DNA of 64,000 nucleotides from Phoronis australis (lineage: Eukaryota > Animalia > Phoronida), in contig NMRA01000482.1 in the NCBI GenBank assembly GCA_002633005.1, positions 254,404 through 318,403 on the forward strand. The letters are read 5' to 3'. The notes under the pieces were generated by a model, which saw only the letters and a list, made by a program, of their open reading frames with translations, had not been told where the DNA came from and did not search any database. Shown in pieces: positions 1 to 11,799 of this stretch. The translations under genes were made by a program, and so were the position numbers. Within the stretch, counting starts at the first letter, position 1. Each line of letters opens with the position of its first letter.

Positions 1-870
1 TGAAACTCTAGGTCGCCGAATCAGAAATGAGATAGTGAGTGCCATTACGGGAAAACGAGAAGGCACCAGCATTTCTGAAACGATGCACCACCAATAATTG
101 AAGGGATGACGTGATAATTACATGCGCCTACAAGCAAGCACCCATCCTAAAATATAAGGGGCTCGATTTTTTGGGAATATGGTCCTTTTCTCACAAAGTA
201 AGGTTCAAAGAAAAAAACGAGGCTACTAGTAGAAAAAGACCCCGGGTTCGCTCAGAGCTTTGAATTGTGCATTCGCCGAATTCTTGCCCTTTTAGTGGAC
301 TTTTGTCTCGTTTTCTCGGACTTTTTAATTCTCTGAGGCGGACTTTTTTGCTTCCCGAGCCCCCCTCCCGCTTGAGAGCGCGCATGGTATAGATGCGTGC
401 TTCGGAATAGTAGTGAACCATTCAACCTTTCACGGTGAATCGAGCCTATTGTATGACCAACCAGAAGCTCGGATTTGTTTGTGTCGCAAGGCAAAACGCG
501 TTATTGTTTACGGAAACGACGATTACAGTCCCGTGCTGTTGCTGCACTGGATGAATTTAACTAAGAAATAATTAAAAACAATTTGAGTTCTTCGAACATA
601 CGTGCATTAATTTTGATTAAACTCTCGTCTTGCTCAACAGTTGTTTATCCTACTATAGCCGATACTCAATGTGGCCCTAATTTTCAAACTAGTTAAAACA
701 TGCATATGTCATGCACTTAGTTGTCGTGCAAGAATGCTGCAGAACAGAACGGAACAGAACAGAACAGAGCAGAGCGCTATAAAGATGACGCGTATTTCAG
801 CGAGCAGTCAACCAATGTTTTCATTCCATGGTTTACATCAGGTGTACAGTTGGAGATTTCAGCGTATCTA
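1..870 (+). repeat. diverged duplicated block, second copy at ~13240-14330
   Basis: Collinear matches, e.g. actctaggtc, acgagaaggcaccagca.tt.tgaaacgatg, ggatgaattta, tcaacca.tg...tcattc..ggtttaca. Confidence 0.7.
250..385 (-). repeat. dispersed repeat, inverted copy at ~9725-9840
   Basis: attgtgcattcgccgaa / ttcggcgaatgcacaat; tagtggactttt / aaagtccacta; tctctgaggcgga / tccgcctcagaga. Confidence 0.65.
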
Positions 871-1517
871 ATGATGTACATAGGTTACGAACATTAGAGT
901 CGCTTCCAATAATGTTTGAAAACCCCAGTTTGAACGAGCAGCTAACAGGAACTCGAAGGACTCTTTCGTTATTCCGGTGATCTATAGATTATGTTGCACA
1001 GCAACGTATGTATATTTATGATCGACATATGTCCCGAATAATAGATGAATGATACGTGCGTCGCAAGCTCGTTACCAGAGATGAAAAGGAGACCGAGGTA
1101 CTAGGCGATATAAGGTCATTTATTATGACTAGTACAATTACAATAAAATGAATACAGGTAAATAACGTATAATAGGTAATCTCTGGTAAGATGGGCAATA
1201 AAAAGCGCCGGTCTCGTGGAAGTACGAGAGAATGACGAAAACTGGGAGGAAGAAGGTGGGAAAATTGAATGAGTTTTTGACGTACAACAATGTGGCCGGA
1301 ACAAAGTGAACTGAAAGCGAAGTTTCAATAACAAAGAAAAACGCCCCTAAAGACACGTGACAATCATCAGCCTATAAGAGCCAANGTCCTGTTTAGAGGA
1401 CCGGCGGTCATGTTGTTTCTCACCAGTGGAAATGTTATCTCACTATTGAGATAACTTTATGGGTTATTACACGGTTGTATCTACCATTCGAGGCTAATAT
1501 TGTGGTACAAATTTACT

Positions 1518-1865
1518 TTACCACTACACCACTCAGCGGCTGACGTCATCGAACGTGAAAATAGAATACTTAAATGAGCACGCCCAACAATTGCATGTTC
1601 AGCAAAGGGCATTGCGCCGACATTCATACGCTATGAAAAATAAGACGCATAATTTCCATAAAAATGATATTTTAATTCTGTTAATCTTTTCTCTCGTATT
1701 CTCTCACTTGTAAATCACCGATCTCCAGTTTGAATGCGGGTATCATGTCGCCGAGATCCTTTGACTTGAACATTATAGTCAGTTACTAGTGGCAACCTAC
1801 TTTAGCAGACGATATTTTCCCCGTCGAAGCTTAGCGTGATAAAATGTGTAGTAAGCTATAATAGT
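1518..1865 (+). repeat. dispersed non-autonomous element, inverted copy at ~43900-44192
   Basis: Long reverse-complement match (gcatgttcagcaaagggcattg...aaatcaccgatctcca...tttagcagacgatattttccc.gtcgaagcttagcgt). Confidence 0.8.
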
Positions 1866-3737
1866 TGCTAAACCTTAATTTATAGATTCACTTTATTTCT
1901 ATTCTGTTTAAATTTTCAATTGGTTTTGAGTATAAGCATTATTTGACAAAAATAGCTAGGCTTTTCTTAAAAGCTTGTTTAAAGTGGGTCGAGGGGGTCG
2001 TGGGCCGAGGGGGTCGTGGGCCGAGGGGGTCGTCAGTGGCGTGCGGATCGAGGGGTTTTTAGAACAATCCGGATTTAACAAGGAAAACTGGAACAGTTCT
2101 CGGCTTAATACTGGGCAACCTACAACAAAACGATATACCTCACACGCTTGTGGAGAAATGAAATGAAAATTTAAATTAAAAAAATTCATTTGATACGTTA
2201 ATTCATCTTAGCTCAGCTATTATTATCTTTCCTTGTGAAGATGGCTGCCATACTTGGTTTTAGTTTTGCTGCAGAAAATGCACTCGTGGGAAAACGAGCA
2301 CGTTGGTGCACGATATTGATAGTTTATGCGGCGAATGGTGCACCTGGGAGCTTCGTGCCTCTGGGCCTTCAATGTTCCCCAAGCGGTGAAATTCGGTAGT
2401 GAAGTGTTAATAGCTTTGTCTGTGATAACACATTTCTTGTGCAAATCCGCCATCTTTAAATTTTGCTCAGTGATGCATTATGGGTAATGGGGTTACCTCT
2501 TATCACAGATGCACAGTAAACACTGCGTTACCACTGTTAGAGCATCAAGACATTGATCGAAAACCCCTAATAATTTCAATTTTTTTGAAAAATGTAGCGT
2601 AACACAATTCATTTGACATATACGTAAGTAGTTCTTAACACATTTTAACATATTTTAAAAGAAATTGAGCACACCAATTCAGGTGGTCTCTCAGACTCGG
2701 CACACAGCATTCAACAACTGCTTTCAACAACGGCCATAAACTGTAGGATGCTCGACAGCGATGAATGAGGAGCACAACGTTTAAAAAAATCCTTTACAAT
2801 CTTTAACCGTGTTTCACATCACTCAAAAACTAAGGTATCCAGTCTCTCTAACAAGTTGTAGGAAATTAAGAAGTTCGTTTCTACATTTGTGCATGGTACT
2901 GTTCGCGAGCGTCACTTGCTGTTGATCGCGGATTGAGTTCATGGACGTCCTGTCTGAGACTTAACGGTGAACAGAAGGAATCTGATCACACACGGACTGC
3001 ATACAATGAGGAGGATCATATGGCTGTTGGAGACGTTTGTCCCGAATTTTGGCATGAAGCTGTTGCAATTTTTGGCTTGCTGTTCCTTTGACATTGCTTA
3101 AGATAGCAAAGTCGCCATGTTCATTTATAGAGTCTTGTTTTTTATATAGATGATTTTTGCATTTTCTTGGATAGCTGCCTTAATTTCGAATGCAGTCCAA
3201 ATTTCCCTGTCCCCAGCATTAGATTCGCACTGAGTTACATGTCAACAGCCCATTGGTATATTTTGATGTTAGTTTGTATTCAAGGTGTGTCTTACTTCTA
3301 AAGCTTTGGACTGCAATGTCACAGTTTGTTTTCATGGATGGGTCAACATCAGTCCTGAATTTGGATACAAATAGAAGATTTTCATGCCTCACACAGTACT
3401 TCTGCTCCATGTGTTGAGTGTTTTATACCTGTACCATGTATAAAATAGCTTGCATCGCTTACTTGTAGCTCTAATGTAATGTTTGACCCACCAAAAATTT
3501 ATTTCCAGACACTTAGTTCTTTCAGTTATATTAAATAGTTGGCGACATATTGCGAAGTAACGCAAAATCGGTAATGGCGGCACTAATTTGCATCAAAAAC
3601 ATACGCGGGACATTTTTTCGGCTTGTTAACATTGTTTTTCCGTTTCCACTCATATTTTCCGTCATAAAAATTCAACTTAGAAGTTGAAGTCCGGGGTGCA
3701 CGGGAGGCCATTTTTCGACTATACTACTGTAGCTTAT

Positions 3738-4015
3738 TTACCAACACACGTCGTCTTACGTCTCATCAACAATCCTTTTTAAATAATGATGAGGACTTAC
3801 CCACTCTAACTCATTTTTAACCTAAGCAAATGATCTAGAAATTAGAACCAGCTAATTTCCATTACAATTTCCCCATCAAATGCTGCTTGTTTATACTTTT
3901 TAACACTCAAGGAATCGTCTACATCAAGGAAGGTTTAACTTCATCAAAAAGTTGTTTCACCGGAGTTTAGTCATGGAATGCATTTTGCCGGGAACCCATT
4001 CCACTGGTAGTATTT
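3738..4015 (+). repeat. dispersed repeat, direct copy at ~18152-18430 in LRRC40 intron 2
   Basis: accaacacacgtc.tcttac.t.tcatcaacaatcctt ... aaatgatctagaaattagaa ... tccccatcaaatgctg shared. Confidence 0.8.
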
Positions 4016-5634
4016 ACACAGCAGTTAAGTACTAGTCCACGAGAGCACCAGCCATGAGCGGCAAGGTGGGGGTCAGCCGATTTTCACCAAATTTGGCATA
4101 TAGGTAGTCCTATGGGATCTATAAACAGCGGTAAAATATTTCCTCAAAATATTGCGTTTTTCTAAAGTTAAAGGCTCAAACGCATTTTACGGCTTCGCAG
4201 CCATGTTTTCACGGTATAAAAACTGTCCAGTTTTAACTGTTCATATTTTTCCTTAAATGAAAGCTATTGATTTATTATTCACTGGGCATTGTTTAGTGGT
4301 GCCTGTAGATTGTTACACAGATGTCTTGAAACACGATTCCGATTTACCACCCTCATTTAGTAGTTTTACTACACTCCCCCCCGTTATGCCATTTTGAGGT
4401 TGTGTTCAGTACACTGCTGTACCAAATCTGCCCCCACTGTTATGAGAATGAAACTTAGCCAAAATGTTGACAAAACATGTTACTTTCATTTCATAAAATA
4501 AAAACTTTGTCAGCCAGTTTATTAGTTATATATTTTGGCACCTCAAATGTACTAAAATGAGAAATTTTCATATATCTGAGATCGATGCGTGAGCACCGTA
4601 AAATCCGATTGTCCTTTATGTTTTTCCGTNCTTGTTGGCTGTACAGTGGTCGGTGGATCCGTGGACTGATACTTAATCATGACATTATTTTTTATTTATT
4701 TAAATATTTTGCCACTCTTTTTATCGTGGTTCAGAAACCATTCAATTGCAGCATTGTTGTTCTTGTTGTTGAAATTATACATGGCTACTTCAAAACTCTT
4801 ACATTGTTTCTATTGCATTGTGGTACGTAGACCTAAACATATCTACAAGCGAAACTTTGCTTACATACTAGGATTTAAAAGTGAAACTTAGGTGCTCCCC
4901 GAAACTTCGATGTAGTGGGAAAGGTCAGAGTGAAATTTCGACGAAGTTATCGATAGAGGCCGTGGCAACGATACAGGGTCATCCAAGACTCAACGAGAAG
5001 TCCCGCAAAACTTGCGCTTTGTTATTGTAGCGTCACAGATGTGTTCTCAATAGACGCACGTAAATATATGATGGCAGTGATCATTTTTATAAACACTGGT
5101 AAATCGTTGGATAGCGATTTTCAGTTACCCTGAAAGTACGACTGAACTGCATCAGCTGTTGTTGATTCCGATTACTGAATCATCATTTAACGATAACTCC
5201 AATATGACTGTCTTTGGGTAAGGTAAGTGAAGTTTCTGTAAATTTCGGAAAACCGAATTTACCCTATTGAGAAAGCAAGTTGAAGCCTACTTCTAAAACG
5301 GTTTTCGTTACCCTTTGATTTAGTAAAAAGCGGCACAAGTACCATTGATTGTAAGCTAACCAGCATAATTTTGCCTCGTTTGTAATAGTTTTATGGCCTA
5401 AAAACTGATCAATCAATGACTATGCAAATGCTCTTAAAATCACAAAGCCGCGACAGCGAGGACATTAAACACTATGACAGTGAACGAAAACTACAAAGAG
5501 TGGAAAATAACTGAAAATGACGGCAATAAAAAAAGTTCAAAACCTCAATAAGTTGTTAAATAACTTTTTACCATAGATGTAGATATTGAATGATTGCCTG
5601 GTTATATTCAAATACGCAGTCTCAAATAAATCAA

Positions 5635-5731
5635 GCCAATAAAATCATATAAATACTTCCTAATTCTACGTAGATGTATCAGTCGAAATAAAAATTTGAC
5701 TACAAAGTTTCTCCTTATTGATTCGGTAAGT
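5635..5731 (+). promoter_or_regulatory. core promoter and non-coding first exon of the defensin-like gene
   Basis: CCAAT (~5636), TATAAATA (5648-5655), initiator-like TCAGTC (5679-5684) about 30 nt downstream of the TATA box, donor G|gtaagt at 5726 pairing with the acceptor at 5986. Confidence 0.65.
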
Positions 5732-5988
5732 CAATCAACTGTTTTAAGTACCGGTACATTTCAAGAATAACCTAACATCACAAATCTTCAGGGGCAGGAT
5801 AAATTGCGGGCACATCCACCGCGCGATACTTGAAATATGCCAATTTATTTTTTTATTTCCATGTTTGAATGAATTGCTTAAGACTTTCTATCACTGTTCT
5901 GAAATACGCGCAGTACTCTAGACTGCAATGAGCTCAACATTATTACAGGCCTATTTATTGAAACTTCTATTCTACGTACATTACAGAT

Positions 5989-6067
5989 ATGAAGGCGACA
6001 GTTTGCTTCTTCGTCGTAGTCCTCTTGCTGTTTTGCCATACGGTGAGCACTGAAAACTCCGAGAATG
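5989..6067 (+). CDS. defensin-like gene, coding exon 1 (signal peptide)
   Basis: ttacag acceptor (5985-5986), ATG at 5989, MKATVCFFVVVLLLFCHTVSTENSEN, donor gtaagt at 6068. Confidence 0.8.
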
Positions 6068-9000
6068 GTAAGTCATACATGTGTGAAATGAAAAACATCG
6101 GACATAAAAACGAAGTACGTATTATTTTCAACAGAACTTTCAATTAATGTTCGATTGAAAATGAGCTCCCGAAGCAGCGGTACTGTACTTTGTGTCATAT
6201 TGTATTCATATGGAAGAGTAAGGGAACACTTCGAAAAATAAAGCCTTCTGTGTATTTGGGGCTTTAGATTCTCAAAAATGAAGTGCAGTGTCACTCAACT
6301 ATCGCTGTAATTTTATATACCGGCAGATATTAATGAATTTTAAAAAGCTCCATTTTGCAAATGTGACAGCGTTTCCTGGGATTAGTATTTGTGAAAAACA
6401 GTTTACTTTATTCTTTGTTTCACCTAAACGAAAAGAAAGTAGTGTTGCATATCCATTAAAGCGGCCTTAAACTCGTGATGTCTTCCAAAATTAAACAAAA
6501 AATTATTCAAGCCCCTTGTCGATTAAAAGTTCCTCTTTGTCTTTTGCCATACTCAGTTTGGAAGCAGTGATCTCTGGAATAGAGAAGGATTGACAATTCT
6601 TTAGTTTCTCAGACCACTTTCATGAAACTTCGGATCGTGTTGTGACCATAAATTTTATGAGGTTGGTCAGAAAAAACGAAAGTGCTGTTTTTTTCAAGAT
6701 TAGAAATCAGGTGTATTTTGATTAAAGAACAATTTTATAGCGGTAAGTGGTTTAAATCAAATCTTGTTTAAGACAAAAAGCACGGGTTTAATACCTTTTT
6801 TCAAGGGGTTTGCCATAATTTGTCAAAAAGTCGAAAAGAAGTTGTTGCTTTGGGTTAACTGAATAATTGTAAAACCTTTTTATAGTTCACGGAGCAGGTT
6901 ACCAAAGAGATTTAAGACGCTTTTGGCATTTTAAACTTGTCCATGAATTTTTTTCTTTTTCAAATTCTATAATGTGGATTTGTCAGCTGTAAAATTTTAA
7001 AAATGTGGGTCTCACCGAATTAGTTTTTCCGTTACAAACGCCTAAATAGAGGCGCCTCTGGTACAAAAAATGAAAATTTATATAAGTTACCTAGACGCCC
7101 CTGGAACTAAATTACTGATTGATATTCTCAGTTATTGAGTTTTATATGTCGGTGTAAGCGAAATTTTTTTTCTTGAGTTTTGTTTACATCGTATTTTAGA
7201 TTTTTCAATTAACACAAACATTTGTACTCTTAAAATACATCCCGTCTCCACTCTGGAGCTCCACTGAGAATACATGTAAGAGATAATCCGCAAACCAACT
7301 TTTCTGATGAAAACGAGTATTCGAACCTTTTAATTCAATTATAAAGCAAGGGGTAGTGTAGCGTACAGTCACACGCACATTAGATGTCTCTCTTGCTGTT
7401 GTTGTTGACCCAGCGGTTTACACGCGTATAATAATAATACCGTAACATTGGCTCATAAAACTTTATTTATGATATGATGCGATAAGATACGATACGATAC
7501 GATTTCCAATACGATAAGATACGATACTATCTACTATCTTACGATACGATTTCCAATACGATAAGATACGATACGATCTACTATCTTACGATACGATTTC
7601 CAATACGATAAGATACGGTTAAACCTGAAACAATTAATAAAGATAATACAATATCTAATACAAGTTGAAGTACCAAATACATCATACTAAAATACAGAAA
7701 ATTGCATATCTAATAATATTATATCAACTCACAGTTTGGCAAACAATAGTTAGCAGAAACTTGTAGTTACTACAATTTCTATTACAACACTTTCTATGAG
7801 TTAATCAAACAATCAAAGAACTGAGAATAGTTGTTTCTAAAGTCAAAGTTTATAGTAAAAGTTAACATCAAGAAACAAAGTTGTCTCTTACCAACGCTGG
7901 GTATCTGTGATATTTTTGAAGCAAGCAGCAGCCTCTCTCCAAGCAATATGAATTCTAGAGTAGCTAACAGAATATTTATAATGAACACAAGAGAGGTGGG
8001 CGAGATAATTCAAAACATGAAAACCCACAAACTCCCTCTAAATGCTACATCTAGTTCCAAAACAATTCTCTGAACAAGGTCGCTGGTTCCAAACCAATTC
8101 TGTGAATCAATCTGCTGGACTCCAGCAATGAACCTAAGTCATTACCAATTATGGTGCAGGACAATCAAGAGTTGAGTAATTCCGATGGACAAATAACAGA
8201 TTATTGTTGTTGTCGGAAATGCCTCATCCCAAAGCTGACAGGTTTTCAAAGACTTTAAGTTACACAACTTGCAAAACAAGGCACAATTGTTATTATAAAC
8301 ATCCCACAACTGGTAACAGACATGTGGTGAATCACTTCCCATGAACTCCTAGGAGGTTACAAATTTTGGTAAACAACCAGTATGTTTGATTAATTATACA
8401 CTAGTCACTAAAATTGCATAACATTTCTTTTAATTAGACTAATTATCTACAGCATCAAAAAATGTCACTAACAGGTAGTGATTGTCTTACCAACCTAGGT
8501 TGCAGTAATATCATTTTCTTCCATGCCGTACTTTAGTAATTTTACGAATCCTTCATTTCTCGAACTCCTCCGGTACAATTATGGGTTCTGAAGGCTGGAA
8601 ACGTTCGAGACTATTTTTGGTCACATTACGTAGGTTAATTTAAGAAAGTGACAAAATTATCCGAGAAAATAATAGAAAGCATGCAATGATGGATGGAACG
8701 GGGCGAATGGTTATTGTTTTGTTTAGTTATGTGAACAACAATTGAATAAATGAAGAGTAATTTAACAAAAATCAACATTCAGTAGTTGTTTATAGTTTCT
8801 TTTTCCTTGGTGTCCTGACAACTGGCTCTTTTTGCCACTGGCTAACGGATACCACAAGTTGGAATTTTCAAAAATCGCCTAGCATAGCAGAGATTCCATT
8901 CTCGCCGCTTCGTAACACAATGAGCAGTCGTGATGTGATGCCGTATTTCAAATGCGTTACAAAATCTTATTTCAGCAATTGAAGGAATTCGTCAGAAAAG

Positions 9001-9109
9001 ATTCGCTGCCATAGCGTCTTGTACAAGTGGGGGTGAATGCAACGCGAAGTGCAAAGCACGGTCGTACAGCGGTGGTACCTGCAGTCGCGGGAGGTGTTAC
9101 TGTTCCTAG
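5989..9109 (+). CDS. CSalpha-beta defensin-like secreted peptide precursor, join(5989..6067,8976..9109), 70 aa
   Basis: Spliced translation MKATVCFFVVVLLLFCHTVSTENSENAIEGIRQKR-FAAIASCTSGGECNAKCKARSYSGGTCSRGRCYCS*. Hydrophobic signal peptide, short propeptide ending in KR, 35-aa mature peptide with C-x5-C-x3-C-x9-C-x4-C-x-C. Phase-1 intron G|gtaagt ... tttcag|CA joins in frame. Confidence 0.85.
7470..7617. repeat. (ACGAT)n-derived microsatellite with a ~46-bp higher-order unit, in the defensin-gene intron
   Basis: gatacgatacgatttccaatacgataagatacgat repeated three times. Confidence 0.85.
8976..9109 (+). CDS. defensin-like gene, coding exon 2 (propeptide end plus six-Cys mature peptide)
   Basis: tcttatttcag acceptor; IEGIRQKRFAAIASCTSGGECNAKCKARSYSGGTCSRGRCYCS; TAG at 9107-9109; AATAAA at 9353-9358. 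Confidence 0.88.
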
Positions 9110-10559
9110 TAAGTTAAAAACAAGTATGTCGTGTCGCTTTTCCATTCCATATAGCACCTATATTAACACATTGATCTATTCAATGGATAGACCATATCAA
9201 ATAACCAAGTTTATAGCTATAGATTTCAGAGTAGTGAACGACCTGTTGGTACTCGGTCATACAAGTACATATTGACGGTCCAAATTAATACGCACTTATA
9301 ATCCAATTGATAATTGTAATCTACAAATAAGTTCATTTTGAATTCCAGGTAAAATAAAAGTGGAGGCATCGGTACAGAAACATTTCTTCTGCTTGTACAA
9401 GAAAGTGATTTGGGGATAAATAAACGTTTCTGCTCTGAACTTGTGGTTTTGTTGATGAGAATGCTAAACACTGTGATCAAACAGGCCCAGAAGCAGAGAG
9501 TTATGCCGTGAACTGTACGAAGCATTTTTGTGATTACGCCACAGGGGACACTTAGATTGTTCGAGTTTTACATGTACTAACTTACATACGTACACACATA
9601 CACTGTTCGTACATGCTCATGGGCAGCGCACTATTGGGGGCTGGGGGGCTATAGCCGGCCCCATTTTTTTCAGTGCTGCGCCGCCCACGGTCTATGGTAC
9701 GAGCCCCTGTCATTTTGTGGAGTAGGCAAAAAGCTCCGCCTCAGAGAAACAAAACTCCGAAAAAGGTAGAAATCGACATAAAAGTCCACTAAAGGCAGGA
9801 ACTACCAAAATTCGGCGAATGCACAATACGTGGCTCTGAACATGTTCCGTGAATCTTAGTAAAATATCTATTTTCTCTAAAATTCTAACCCCCTCAAATT
9901 TTTACGCATGGAACCGTAAAGTGGCAGCGTTTTTGAGATTTCTTTTTGGCCATTTATTTCTTGCAAGCTTTGGTCATGACGATGACGGTTCGGTTTCGAT
10001 ATCAATGTACTTTACTTTTTAGCTAAATTTTATTCAAAATACATGATCACGTGACCCTATTAATGTTAGTCTAATAAAAAGTTAAAAATCAAATTCTACA
10101 GATTATCTTCGCTCAGAAATTATGTACTTTTACAGACTTACACTATAATTAAGCTTCGTACCATTGTGACTAAATGCTCAACCTCGACGATGAGGTCCGA
10201 CATGACAACAGAATCCCCCACGCCTAAACGACTGTGTGCTACTTCAAGTGCAATCCAGAAGAACACGCTCGTGACTGCCCAACGTGTTATTTTTGATGTA
10301 CAATACGCTGAGGTGTGAAACTTCACATCGACGACAGCACACGATGGGAAGTTGTACATATAAACACCCAGCATTCCTGGTAGAATCTAGAACATAATTT
10401 ACGTAGGCGGCCAAAGTATAATGATCCACATTGAAAGGGTCTGACGTCGCGAGTTCGGGCCTATTAAGAAAATGGAATGTGTTAGATTTGTCAGCACGTT
10501 TTTGGACTAAATGGAAATTAATTTGCGATTGTTATGAATGATGAGTTGTTTTGAGTAAA

Positions 10560-11080
10560 TTAAGTCCAGAAGTATGGCTTCTGCTCTTGTCTATCCGAAT
10601 ATGGAAGTGTCGCCAGTTTCAAAACACCTCCTTGATCAGTGTCAAACTCTTGGCGCGAATACAGGTACCCTTCAGAAAAGTGGATATTGTCAAAAATCTG
10701 TTTAGTAACGATATAGTTTAACTTCAGTTTCTGGGATCCGGAGTGAAAAGTTAATCGGGATCTGCTATCATATCTCGCTGTACCGGAGTAACCGTTAACC
10801 TGTGATTTTGGGTAAAAAGCGAAGACAAAATCGTAATTTTTAGGCATTTTGGCGTCTCATTTTTTCCGGTAGACCTAGCAGGGTAAGGTGACATGGCATT
10901 GTTGAATTACTTCATGTTTGAGGAAGCCCATCGAATCTATTTAATTTCTGTCAGTTATGCAACGCGTTTTGGTCGTGATATACCGACCCGAAAACCTCTC
11001 CTCATTTTGGGTCGGTAGAAATTCCTGAGCAAACCACAAACCTTTGTTTGGCCGGTATGCCATATCACGCCCGTGTACAC
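10560..11080 (-). mobile_element. possible degraded Crypton-like fragment with terminal palindrome
   Basis: ORF 10560-10847 (FYPKSQVNGYSGTARY...) loosely recalls Crypton/KCTD1-like N-terminal regions; adjacent imperfect palindrome gtgatataccgaccc...gggtcggta...atatcac. Weak. Confidence 0.3.
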
Positions 11081-11095
11081 ATTACCTTGAAAGCG

Positions 11096-11799
11096 TTAAA
11101 CAGTACACACCATGGATTTTTGCACATTTCGAATTACCGGTGGCCACAGACTAAATGTATGACGTAAAATTTAGCCACATCCATGATTATTTTGTGTCAT
11201 TAGCTCGAAATTTTGATTTCTCTTTCAATTTTGCCAATTTTCATATTTCCCGCCATGTGACATCATGGGTTGAACACAAGAGATCAGCGACTAGCATTGA
11301 ACAACGGCGGAGAGTAGGGAATTTGAAAGCTACAACGATTATGAGCAAGAAATGAACAAATACTATGAAGAAACGTACGAGAATGGTGGCCAGGATGACG
11401 AAATGGGGTTGCACGAAAGCGAGAACGAGTTTGGTATGTTTTCAGCTGCGTACTTTCTACTTTGAGGCCTTACGAACTGAATCCTCCCGCGAGAGAACCG
11501 GCCTCGGGCTCGGCCAACAGACGATCCTGAATAAAGAGCCGATGTTTCTGAATAGTAAATATCGCCCTTTATTGAACCAGGCCTTCATCGTAACATCTCC
11601 TCTGATTGGAGTCGAAACACGACTCCTCAAAGTGGGCAGAACACAGAGTGGCTCCGAACAGAATCGCTTGGTCCACGCTGAGGTCCCACACTCTCGTTTG
11701 GCGCACGAAGCGATGCCAGATGCGCAACTTTGGCGTCCTTCGGAACACCGAGACGTTCTCCGTGTGACTGCTGTTGCTGCAGCCTCCGCAAACACATCT
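11096..11799 (-). mobile_element. THAP-domain DNA transposon remnant (Kolobok-like), truncated by the N join
   Basis: Minus-strand frame 11799-11569, absent from the ORF track: RCVCGGCSNSSHTENVSVFRRTPKLRIWHRFVRQTRVWD...ATLCSAHFEESCF (C2CH THAP signature), followed after a stop by RAIFTI (AVPTIF-box-like). A convergent acidic frame lies on + from 11304. Confidence 0.7.

Noticed and set aside
2223-2453. Minus-strand ORF with ECIFCSKTK, resembling a transposase N-terminus
   Set aside because: No downstream catalytic domain or termini identified.
10136-10390. Cys-containing frame (CYFKCNPEEHARDCPTCYF) after a tttacag acceptor, considered as a defensin paralogue
   Set aside because: Multiple stops, and the cysteine spacing does not match CSalpha-beta; no family recognised.
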